From: an uncultured virus (IMG/VR IMGVR_UViG_3300009161_000002)
Taxonomy: Duplodnaviria; Heunggongvirae; Uroviricota; Caudoviricetes
Length of the DNA: 62,355 bases
Direction: 5' to 3' (one strand)
IMG/VR virus record: IMGVR_UViG_3300009161_000002
In this document: positions 11,349-19,726 of the stretch, piece by piece
Layout: every line of letters starts with the position of its first letter
Position numbering within the stretch: the first letter of the stretch is position 1
The notes under the pieces: generated by a model
Databases searched by the model: none
The model's input: the letters and a program-made list of their open reading frames with translations, nothing else
What the model was told of the DNA's origin: nothing
Position numbers and translations under genes: made by a program

Positions 11349-14300
11349 TTATAAATATTCAACTTGTCCTCCTGCTGCTAAGAATTGTTCTAATTCTTCT
11401 GGAGTCATATATACTTCTTCATCATCCATGTAACCACCATCTTGCATGTAACCACCATATTGAGCAGCATTGCTATTTGCAAAATTACCAAATGTTGCTC
11501 TACTGTTTCTGTCTGATCCCATTTGATCATATCTATACATACCTGTCTTGGAACCAAAATCCACATGATCTCCCGTGTCTGTTAGATTAGAAGCCACTAC
11601 ATTATTCATAGGATCAAACGTGTCTAATAACATGTTATTCTCTATAGGTGCATTCTTTGCTCTTTCAAACATTCCTAATGCACCATTAGCTAAAGCATTA
11701 AAAGCATTAACCCCTGCTTCACCATCAAAATTTCTAGCAGTTTTACGTTGTCTTTCTACACCAACATACTGGTTTTGATTAGGTTCAGGTGCAGGTGTAG
11801 GTGCTTGTGGAATAATTTCTTGTCCTTGATTACCTACTGTGTTACCTGTATTTGCAGTTTCAGCATAAGAACCTGTTCCAGTAGGAGTTATAAAATTAAA
11901 TGGGTTTTGTTGTTGAGGCATGTTATTTGGTGCTCCTGTACCAAACATATTATTTTCAAATTGTGATTGTTGTGAATAAGGATTATAACCAGATTGATTC
12001 TGACCAGCTCCTATACCAAAACCTGTACCAACTTCAAAAGCACCACCCATTCTTTTAAAAGAAGGATTTTTAATTTTATCAACTAAACTTTTAACTTTAC
12101 CATATGAATCCTTTACATTGTCAACTGCATTTTTAGCACCATAGTAAGCTTGATCAATGTTATATCTAGCACCACGTCCTTGTTCATATCTCTCAGCTTG
12201 TCTTAGATTTCTTTGACCACGTTTAGTTTGTTCATCCCATTCTTGATCACTAAATTGAAATCTTTCTTTTGCTTGATCTTCTAAACGATCTCTTCTACTT
12301 TCTTTGTTAGGACTTTCTTTTGGAGTATTACTTTTTACTGAAGGCATTTTCATATTTTTTCTACCACGGTTATCTAACATACCTTCAAGTTGTGTTAAAT
12401 CACCCATAGGAACTCCAGTAGCATTACCATTACCATCAACCTGATAGATATCAATCCATTTTTTTCTACCACCTAATAAACCTTTTTTAGTAGTATAACT
12501 AGCAACAGGTTTATCTGGAATAAGACCGTTATAAGATCTACCATCATTTAAATAATATGGAGATTTTTTTTGTTTAACCCAAGAGCCAGCTGACTGAAAT
12601 ATAGGATTCCATGGTATTAAGTTACGTCCATAACCACCTGGATTTCTAACTTGAGTATAATTATAATTCATTTTTGCTATAGGAATGCACATTTTATATT
12701 GTTCATTCCAAACAGTACCAGGACCACACTGAGTTTTCTTTGGTTGCAAGCTTGCACTTGAGTTTAATACACAAGCAGATCCATTCCATGTATATCCTGC
12801 TGGACAATTACCATTAGTTACTTTTTCCTCTGCACCTTCATTAGTATAATCATTTAATGCGTCATCATAAAAATTCTGATAATCATCATATGTTCTACTA
12901 TCTAAATTAACATCAGCGTCATAGTCTCCATCTGGATTAGCAGCTTCCCAATCTTCTCTTTCACTTTTTCTATTTAATATTTCACTATCTGCCCATTCTT
13001 GATAATTCATTTTATCTTGCATACCTCTTGACTCTCCAGCTCTGTTGGTAATAGTAATACCATCTCTTGCTTGTTCTAGACCGTATGGTTCATAATATTC
13101 TTCTTCATCTCCACCGTAAATAAATTTAGTTAGTGGTTCTTCAGCATCCATATCTACAAACCCTCCAAAAGCTGCTGTAAAATCTGTATTCATAGGTTCC
13201 TCTTCTGCAAGATTTTCTTTGAATCCATCTTTCATTAACATGTTTAATATCTTTGGATTATTCTGTGCATTCTCATAAATATCTTTTGATATTGCTTTAT
13301 TAGAATTATTTTTTAATGTACTTATAAAAGAAGATTTCATGTTAGCAACATCATTTGTCAAAGTGTCTTTTCTTTTACCTTGACCAAAAGCTGCATCTCC
13401 ACCTTCAGCATACATTGAAACCATTCTATCAATAAATCTATTTTTAGAAACACCACCTTTTGCAAAATCATCAGGCAACACTTGATTTTGTGTATTTGGA
13501 TTTACAACATTTGGATCTTGATACCTATAGTAATTATAATCACTTGGAGTTTTTCCTTTTAAAAACTTCATACTATCAGGTATCTGTAATGAATTTGGAT
13601 ACATTAGTGTATCTTCTTGAATAGGTGTAGGATCTAAAACTCTACTTGGCCCTACATCAGTTCCACATGTACATTTACCAAGAGCATTTTTAGGTTGGAA
13701 GTTTGGTAAATTAGGATCCTCACATTGACATGGATTTGCTAATGCATCATATGTTTGATACCCTAGATAACCTAAACCACCACCAATAAGTGTAGTCTTT
13801 AAACCTAATCTATACTTATAGTTAATAGCATTCTTAATATCAGATGCTGTTTGTGAATAAGGTATAGCAGCAGGATCTTGCATATTTGGTCCAAGAGCCA
13901 TGTTTGAATAACCATATACAGGATAATCAACAGATTCAACTCCTTTTGCACCAGTTCTAAATAATTGGTTTAATCCTGTAGTACCATATGTTTCTAAAGT
14001 TCTACCAAGTTTTCCTCTATTACTTAAAGTATCCCATGTATTTGGAGGTAAACCTGTTAGTTCTTCAAGTTTAAAACCTTTTGCACCATCAAAAACATTT
14101 GGAAATGGAGTACGTTCATTATCTCTCAATACCATATCTCCCCAAGCACGTGCTATTGACGTTCCTATTGGTCTATTTACTCTTGATTTTGTTTGAGTAC
14201 CCATTGTTAATGGATTACCTAACGGATCAAATACACTTAAATCACCTGTCTGAGGATCTTGATTGTAATAAAATCTATTTTTAAATGTAACCTCTTTAGC

Positions 14301-15629
14301 TTTTGGAGGAGTTGTACCAAAAGGTAAACTTTGATTAGGACCAAAAGTATGTTTAAATTCAAAAAATTTATTACCTGCATCATCCACACCACCAATAACT
14401 TTTGTTTGCGGTGGATATACACCACTAATTAAACCTTCTTGGTTAGACATATTACCGTAATGTTCTAATGTAAAAGGTTCATTAGTACCGTATTCTAATT
14501 TTCCAATTATACGTTTAACATCTTCTTGGTCTAATACTAATCTATCTGCTTGTAAACTACCATCAGTTCCACCAGCATATGTTCCGTTCTGACTAAACAC
14601 TCCTGTTTTTGGAGCAGCTCCATTAATAACATTCCAAAGTTCAGTTCTATTCTGTGTAAATGGAGTAGCTAATTTTGGAGCAAACTTTCCTCCTACATAA
14701 GGTAACCTAGTCATTGCATCACCAATACCAGTAAATACAGGTAAAGCTTTACGTAGAGTAGATATATTAGATAAAGGATTAGCTTTATTAGCATATCCTA
14801 TAGTTGGGATATACTCAGCTAATTTTTGAAGTGCTGATTTAGGAACTTGCAAACCAGTTCGTGCTCGTGGTAAATAATCTTGAGGTTGATAAGAATCAGA
14901 TGCACTTCTGTAGTCACCTAAATAAGATGCTAAATCTGGAAATTCTTGTATCTCTTGTGCACCTGGTGTCATAGCAATTAAGTCTTCCATAGAGAAAGGT
15001 TTTTCTTCAGATGTTCTTCCCGGTGTACCATACTGATTTATTACAGCTTGTTCTTCACTTATCTGTTTATTAGGATTCATATCATCAAATTCAGGATACT
15101 CACCACCATCATCAAAGTAACCACCATATTTAAAAGCACTTTCCTCTTCATCCTGTGTCATTTCTAAAGCAGAATTCTGATTCATCTGTGCATCTTCCTC
15201 ATCATATAGACCACCATCAGAAATTGCTAGTTCTTCTTGCTCTGCATCTGAAGCTGCTCTTTCATTATCCTCATCTATTTGTTGTTGTGGATCAACTCCT
15301 TGTTCTGGTTCAGTTTTATCTTTAACTACTTCAGGATCTACATAACCTTCCTCAGCAAGTTTAGACATAGCAGATTTAATAAGCATCACTGATGTATTCT
15401 CATCTAATGCATACTCATTAATAAGTTGATTATATAAAATATCAGGTGTTGCATCATTTTTTAATGATATATAAACCTGATCATATATTTGATTTAGTTT
15501 AGCCGAATCCATACTTGGAGCTCCAACTTCCATACCCATAGCTGCTTTCTCTAAAAACTTAGCAGTTTTGTTATAGTACCCTGGAGTTTCTCCTGGAAGT
15601 GCTTTTCTAATTCTTACTTGCTTCTTCAT
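11349..15629 (-). CDS. Modular putative cargo protein (1426 aa)
   Basis: Many xxxGG motifs, a hydrophobic segment (TTLIGGGLGYLGY), small Cys modules (CPAGYTWNGSAC, CGPGTVWNEQYKMC), shared N- and C-terminal tags. Confidence 0.6.
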   Translation of the reverse strand: MKKQVRIRKALPGETPGYYNKTAKFLEKAAMGMEVGAPSMDSAKLNQIYDQVYISLKNDATPDILYNQLINEYALDENTSVMLIKSAMSKLAEEGYVDPEVVKDKTEPEQGVDPQQQIDEDNERAASDAEQEELAISDGGLYDEEDAQMNQNSALEMTQDEEESAFKYGGYFDDGGEYPEFDDMNPNKQISEEQAVINQYGTPGRTSEEKPFSMEDLIAMTPGAQEIQEFPDLASYLGDYRSASDSYQPQDYLPRARTGLQVPKSALQKLAEYIPTIGYANKANPLSNISTLRKALPVFTGIGDAMTRLPYVGGKFAPKLATPFTQNRTELWNVINGAAPKTGVFSQNGTYAGGTDGSLQADRLVLDQEDVKRIIGKLEYGTNEPFTLEHYGNMSNQEGLISGVYPPQTKVIGGVDDAGNKFFEFKHTFGPNQSLPFGTTPPKAKEVTFKNRFYYNQDPQTGDLSVFDPLGNPLTMGTQTKSRVNRPIGTSIARAWGDMVLRDNERTPFPNVFDGAKGFKLEELTGLPPNTWDTLSNRGKLGRTLETYGTTGLNQLFRTGAKGVESVDYPVYGYSNMALGPNMQDPAAIPYSQTASDIKNAINYKYRLGLKTTLIGGGLGYLGYQTYDALANPCQCEDPNLPNFQPKNALGKCTCGTDVGPSRVLDPTPIQEDTLMYPNSLQIPDSMKFLKGKTPSDYNYYRYQDPNVVNPNTQNQVLPDDFAKGGVSKNRFIDRMVSMYAEGGDAAFGQGKRKDTLTNDVANMKSSFISTLKNNSNKAISKDIYENAQNNPKILNMLMKDGFKENLAEEEPMNTDFTAAFGGFVDMDAEEPLTKFIYGGDEEEYYEPYGLEQARDGITITNRAGESRGMQDKMNYQEWADSEILNRKSEREDWEAANPDGDYDADVNLDSRTYDDYQNFYDDALNDYTNEGAEEKVTNGNCPAGYTWNGSACVLNSSASLQPKKTQCGPGTVWNEQYKMCIPIAKMNYNYTQVRNPGGYGRNLIPWNPIFQSAGSWVKQKKSPYYLNDGRSYNGLIPDKPVASYTTKKGLLGGRKKWIDIYQVDGNGNATGVPMGDLTQLEGMLDNRGRKNMKMPSVKSNTPKESPNKESRRDRLEDQAKERFQFSDQEWDEQTKRGQRNLRQAERYEQGRGARYNIDQAYYGAKNAVDNVKDSYGKVKSLVDKIKNPSFKRMGGAFEVGTGFGIGAGQNQSGYNPYSQQSQFENNMFGTGAPNNMPQQQNPFNFITPTGTGSYAETANTGNTVGNQGQEIIPQAPTPAPEPNQNQYVGVERQRKTARNFDGEAGVNAFNALANGALGMFERAKNAPIENNMLLDTFDPMNNVVASNLTDTGDHVDFGSKTGMYRYDQMGSDRNSRATFGNFANSNAAQYGGYMQDGGYMDDEEVYMTPEELEQFLAAGGQVEYL

Positions 15630-15646
15630 AACGTGTTATATATATA

Positions 15647-15657
15647 AATATACTAAA
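15647..15657 (-). promoter_or_regulatory. Conserved promoter-like motif TTTAGTATATT
   Basis: One of seven intergenic TTWGTATATT copies upstream of minus-strand starts. Confidence 0.65.
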
Positions 15658-15686
15658 TTTTAATTTAATGAATACACTTTAAAAGT

Positions 15687-18600
15687 TTACTCATCTTCAA
15701 TGATATAACCATCTTTAATATACTGATCAATTTCTTTTCTAGATAGACTAGTTACAACCCCACCTTTTTTATTTTTCCAACCAGGTACATCACTAATTTG
15801 TTTAAAGGCATTACCTCCTGTAAATGGGTTTGCTGTCTCTTTATCCCATCTATCACGGGCCTGTGTATTCATTTTCTTAACAATTTGTTTTCTCCATTTT
15901 TCAAGTTGTTCTGGTGTAGCATTTTGTATATCTTCCATTTTTAAACCAAGACCACCTCTCATTTCCATAACAACATCTTTAGCAGGAGCTGTAGTTAAAT
16001 AATTATCTTTTTGTGCTTTTAACAAATCCTGATAAGTACGTGGTAATGTATCTCCTATTCCATTTACATTTTTTAAACTATTAGGGTTTAACATTCCTTG
16101 ATTTCTTACTGAATCTTGCCAAGGTAAATGTTGTTGTAACAAAGCTTCTTGACTTGGTGTTGTAAACTTACTTCTAAAATTTGGCATAGATGCATTAGGA
16201 AATAAGGTAGAAAATAATTCTTCTCTACTGTTATCACCACTAAATGCATTAAACATAGCCATAGCTGGATTTTCAGGTTCTATATCATCAAATGCATTTC
16301 TTGCTGCTTGCCAATCACTTTGTTGATTTACAAGATCCGTTAATTCATTTTCTGTATAGAAGTCATTTTTACCTGGTACCCATTGAGGATCTGTACCCAT
16401 GTTCATCATAGCTTGACGTGCTGCCCAACCATCTGAGAAATCTTTAAAATCAAAATCACCTACTCCATTAAATAAATCTTTTCCATATTGAGGAAGACCT
16501 GACATGTATTTATTAAGAGAATCATTAGCATTTTTTAAACCTTCTTTTTTCCAATCCAAACCTTGATAATCTGCAGGATCAATATTGTACCATTCATCAC
16601 CAGGATGAGGTTCATCACCAAATTTTATTAAAGAAGTACCCCCTAAGTCAGTAGGTGAATGTGTTAAATCAATAGTATGAGAATCCATAAGTGGTAACTT
16701 ATGTATAGATTGTTGAACGCTATTCATCAAAGGTTTTGAAACGTTTCTCATATTTGGTATATGACTAGGAAGATTTCCTAAGTCATCTAAACCAGATAGT
16801 GTACTTCTAAATTCAGGAGTTGATTTTAATAACTTACTGAGATCACTTCCTGTTTTAACTATTCTTCCTAAGTTAGCTTTTACAAGACCACCATCTTTTC
16901 TTTCTTCTGAAGTTAAATCTAATTCTACATAATTATTAGTTGTTCCACCACTAATATATTGTTTAGGAACTTCTTGATATCCTTTTAACCAATGTGGTTT
17001 ATCTCCAAATACTCTTATGTCAGATGCAGGAATTTCACGTAATGCATTACCAGTTTCAGGATCTATAACTCTATGTGCATAATGTCTTCCTTTAATAGGA
17101 AATCCTGTTACTGGATTTATTTCACCTCTTTTAAATGTAGGCAATGCTGTTTCAAAAACAACAGATCCTTCTGGTTTTGCATATGACATATCAGCATATC
17201 CTTTTTGAAATGATGGAAATGATGTAGGTCTTGGAGGTAACATAAAATTTGTACCTTTAACTAATTGTGCAGGTGCTGTATTATTACTTCTTAATATTCC
17301 TGTATTAATAAAATCTTTATAAGCATCCATTCCTGCTACTCTATAGGATTTATTTAAATTATTTAATTTTTCTGCCCAAGGATTAATTTTATATGTATTA
17401 TTAAAAAAAGGAATAGCATTTAAAGGGTTTTTACCTAAAGCTTGTAATCCTTTAACAATTAAACCGGTTCTACCTTTAACTAAACCACCATCTGAATAAC
17501 CAAGTAATGGGTAATTACCTGTTCCAAGATAACCTTTTGGATTTTGCTCTAATACAGAAAATTCTCCTAAACCTAATCTTTTACTTGCTTTGTTTAAAGG
17601 ATTAGTTATAGATTCATATATAGGCTTTGCTCCAGTAATATTTGGATTACCAAGAACAAGACCTGAACCTGGAGTAGCTGCATTGTACATACCTGTAAAT
17701 CTAGAAGGTAAACTATTAACTGCTACAGTACCAGGAGTACGTAATGAGTTTAATGTTTGTAATGTACCTACGGCAGGTTTTATACCCCTTATAAGAGGAG
17801 CTGCTCCCCAGTAACCTTCAAGTGCATCTAAAGCAGCACTTCCATAGTTACCTTGTTGGAAATTATCATATGCACCAGATATATTTTCTGGTAACTTTGC
17901 CATAAATCCAGCATTAAAAAAAGGACTATTAAATGCTTGTAATCCTTGTTTGAATCCTTGTCCTGAAAGTAATGCATTTGTGCCTTTCATGATACCTCTT
18001 TTTGTACCTATGTCAATTAATTCATCTCCTGCAGCACTTAAAAATTCTCCTTTATCATAACCCTTTCTTAAATTACTTCCAATCTTAAAAGGATTTGCAG
18101 CCTGAAGCATAGTATAATCTCTAACTATAGAAAGAGGATTATCATTTGGCATAAGCCCCATATCAACACCAGTTTCATTTTGAATATCTTTTCTTGTATC
18201 ATAAGATAAATTACTATTTCCCCACATTTCTTCACGAGGATTCATTGCAAAATATGCTGCATCAAAAGGATTAGTTAGTACATCTTTTATTTTAGAACCT
18301 GTAGTATTTTCATTAATACCAGTTCCTTGCTTCATTGTATCACGATTCTGATTAAGTGTAAATAAAGTATTTACCCTCTCATTTAATACGTCATTATATG
18401 TTTGCTTTTTATTACCAGTTTTTTGTCCTAATAATTTTTGCATTGCATCATTAGGATTCTCTTGAAATGATTTTAATATTTCTAGTTTAGCTTTAGAATT
18501 AGAACCAGCTGCATCTAATGCTTGTTTAAGAACTTGTTTTGTTGTATCCATTCCTAAATTAGAAGCATATTCTCCAAAAGCATTGTTAAAGTCTTCAGCT

Positions 18601-19724
18601 TTAGCAGTGTTTGCAGCAGCTGATGCATTCTTTTGATTAAGATTTTGATTCCTTAACATGTTAGTATTTCTAACATTAGCCATAGCATCATCTTTTGCAA
18701 AAGTAAGTCCATCATACTGACCTGATTTTCCATACTTATCCATCCAATCTGAATAAGCTTTATTACCTCTATCAATTTTTTTAGATTGATAAGTAAGAAA
18801 GTCTCCTAAATTATTTGGACCACTGTGATATTTTCTTTCCCAAGCATCCATTGGATCACTTGATTCTAAGAAAATTTTACGATCCTGCTCAACTTTAGAT
18901 GCATCTGAACCAGGTATAGAATCTATATTATTATAAAGTTCAGAAAAAGCATCATCTATTATTTTATTTGTAGGTTTTTCAAATGTGGCTTTTAAATTAG
19001 ATTGTTCCCCTAATTTAGGAGAGAGTCCTTTAATAACTTGATCTACAGGTTTACCTTGCTGAATAGCTTTTGTAAGTATGTTCTGAGTTACCTCTGCTTC
19101 ATAGTTAGCTTTAGCTGCTGCCATTAAATCCCCAAGTTGTTCTTTTACTTGTTCAGGATCTAATCCCCAGTAGTTTTTAAATTGATCTGCTTGAAAACCA
19201 TTTTTAATAATCCTATCTTGAACTAAGTTTAAAGGATACACTTCTACAAATCCATCTTTCTTATGAACAAGAAAATTATTTTTTAATTCAGCTTCTAGTT
19301 CTGGTGTAACTTCAGATTCAGGAAATTTTTTATAAGGCTCTATTTTATCTTGTTTCTTAGATTTAGCAAATGTTTCAAGATATCTATTAGTATGATCAGC
19401 TTGCCATTGAGCACGTTCATCATTTGTTTTACTACGTATATCATTTATGTCTTTAACTAAAGCTATTTTTCTAGCATCCAGTTTAACTTTCCAGGCTTCT
19501 TGTTCTGCATTAGAAGCAGCAATATATTCTGATTCAGTTAAACATTCTCCATTAAAATCATATTTACCTGGAGGACATCCTTGACCCTTCATATAACCTG
19601 GCAATGATTCATTCCAATATGATGGTTGTTGTACACCTTGTACTTCTACCATAGGAGTATTGTCTGATTCAACAATCTTACCTTTTTTAGCTTGTGGAAT
19701 ACTTGTTATTCTGTACTTTGCCAT
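15687..19724 (-). CDS. Modular putative cargo protein with candidate ADP-ribosyltransferase-like module (1345 aa)
   Basis: N-terminal KYRITSIPQAKKG tag, CPPGKYDFNGEC module, internal YR...TG..R...PSF.KG...Y...VFE module, C-terminal LSRKEIDQYIKDGYIIEDE tag. Confidence 0.6.
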   Translation of the reverse strand: MAKYRITSIPQAKKGKIVESDNTPMVEVQGVQQPSYWNESLPGYMKGQGCPPGKYDFNGECLTESEYIAASNAEQEAWKVKLDARKIALVKDINDIRSKTNDERAQWQADHTNRYLETFAKSKKQDKIEPYKKFPESEVTPELEAELKNNFLVHKKDGFVEVYPLNLVQDRIIKNGFQADQFKNYWGLDPEQVKEQLGDLMAAAKANYEAEVTQNILTKAIQQGKPVDQVIKGLSPKLGEQSNLKATFEKPTNKIIDDAFSELYNNIDSIPGSDASKVEQDRKIFLESSDPMDAWERKYHSGPNNLGDFLTYQSKKIDRGNKAYSDWMDKYGKSGQYDGLTFAKDDAMANVRNTNMLRNQNLNQKNASAAANTAKAEDFNNAFGEYASNLGMDTTKQVLKQALDAAGSNSKAKLEILKSFQENPNDAMQKLLGQKTGNKKQTYNDVLNERVNTLFTLNQNRDTMKQGTGINENTTGSKIKDVLTNPFDAAYFAMNPREEMWGNSNLSYDTRKDIQNETGVDMGLMPNDNPLSIVRDYTMLQAANPFKIGSNLRKGYDKGEFLSAAGDELIDIGTKRGIMKGTNALLSGQGFKQGLQAFNSPFFNAGFMAKLPENISGAYDNFQQGNYGSAALDALEGYWGAAPLIRGIKPAVGTLQTLNSLRTPGTVAVNSLPSRFTGMYNAATPGSGLVLGNPNITGAKPIYESITNPLNKASKRLGLGEFSVLEQNPKGYLGTGNYPLLGYSDGGLVKGRTGLIVKGLQALGKNPLNAIPFFNNTYKINPWAEKLNNLNKSYRVAGMDAYKDFINTGILRSNNTAPAQLVKGTNFMLPPRPTSFPSFQKGYADMSYAKPEGSVVFETALPTFKRGEINPVTGFPIKGRHYAHRVIDPETGNALREIPASDIRVFGDKPHWLKGYQEVPKQYISGGTTNNYVELDLTSEERKDGGLVKANLGRIVKTGSDLSKLLKSTPEFRSTLSGLDDLGNLPSHIPNMRNVSKPLMNSVQQSIHKLPLMDSHTIDLTHSPTDLGGTSLIKFGDEPHPGDEWYNIDPADYQGLDWKKEGLKNANDSLNKYMSGLPQYGKDLFNGVGDFDFKDFSDGWAARQAMMNMGTDPQWVPGKNDFYTENELTDLVNQQSDWQAARNAFDDIEPENPAMAMFNAFSGDNSREELFSTLFPNASMPNFRSKFTTPSQEALLQQHLPWQDSVRNQGMLNPNSLKNVNGIGDTLPRTYQDLLKAQKDNYLTTAPAKDVVMEMRGGLGLKMEDIQNATPEQLEKWRKQIVKKMNTQARDRWDKETANPFTGGNAFKQISDVPGWKNKKGGVVTSLSRKEIDQYIKDGYIIEDE

Positions 19725-19726
19725 TA

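Noticed and set aside
7937..15688. Near-palindromic AAACTTTWAAAG at 7944-7958 and 15675-15688 as an operator
   Set aside because: Only two copies, very AT-rich and overlapping gene ends; cannot be separated from chance.
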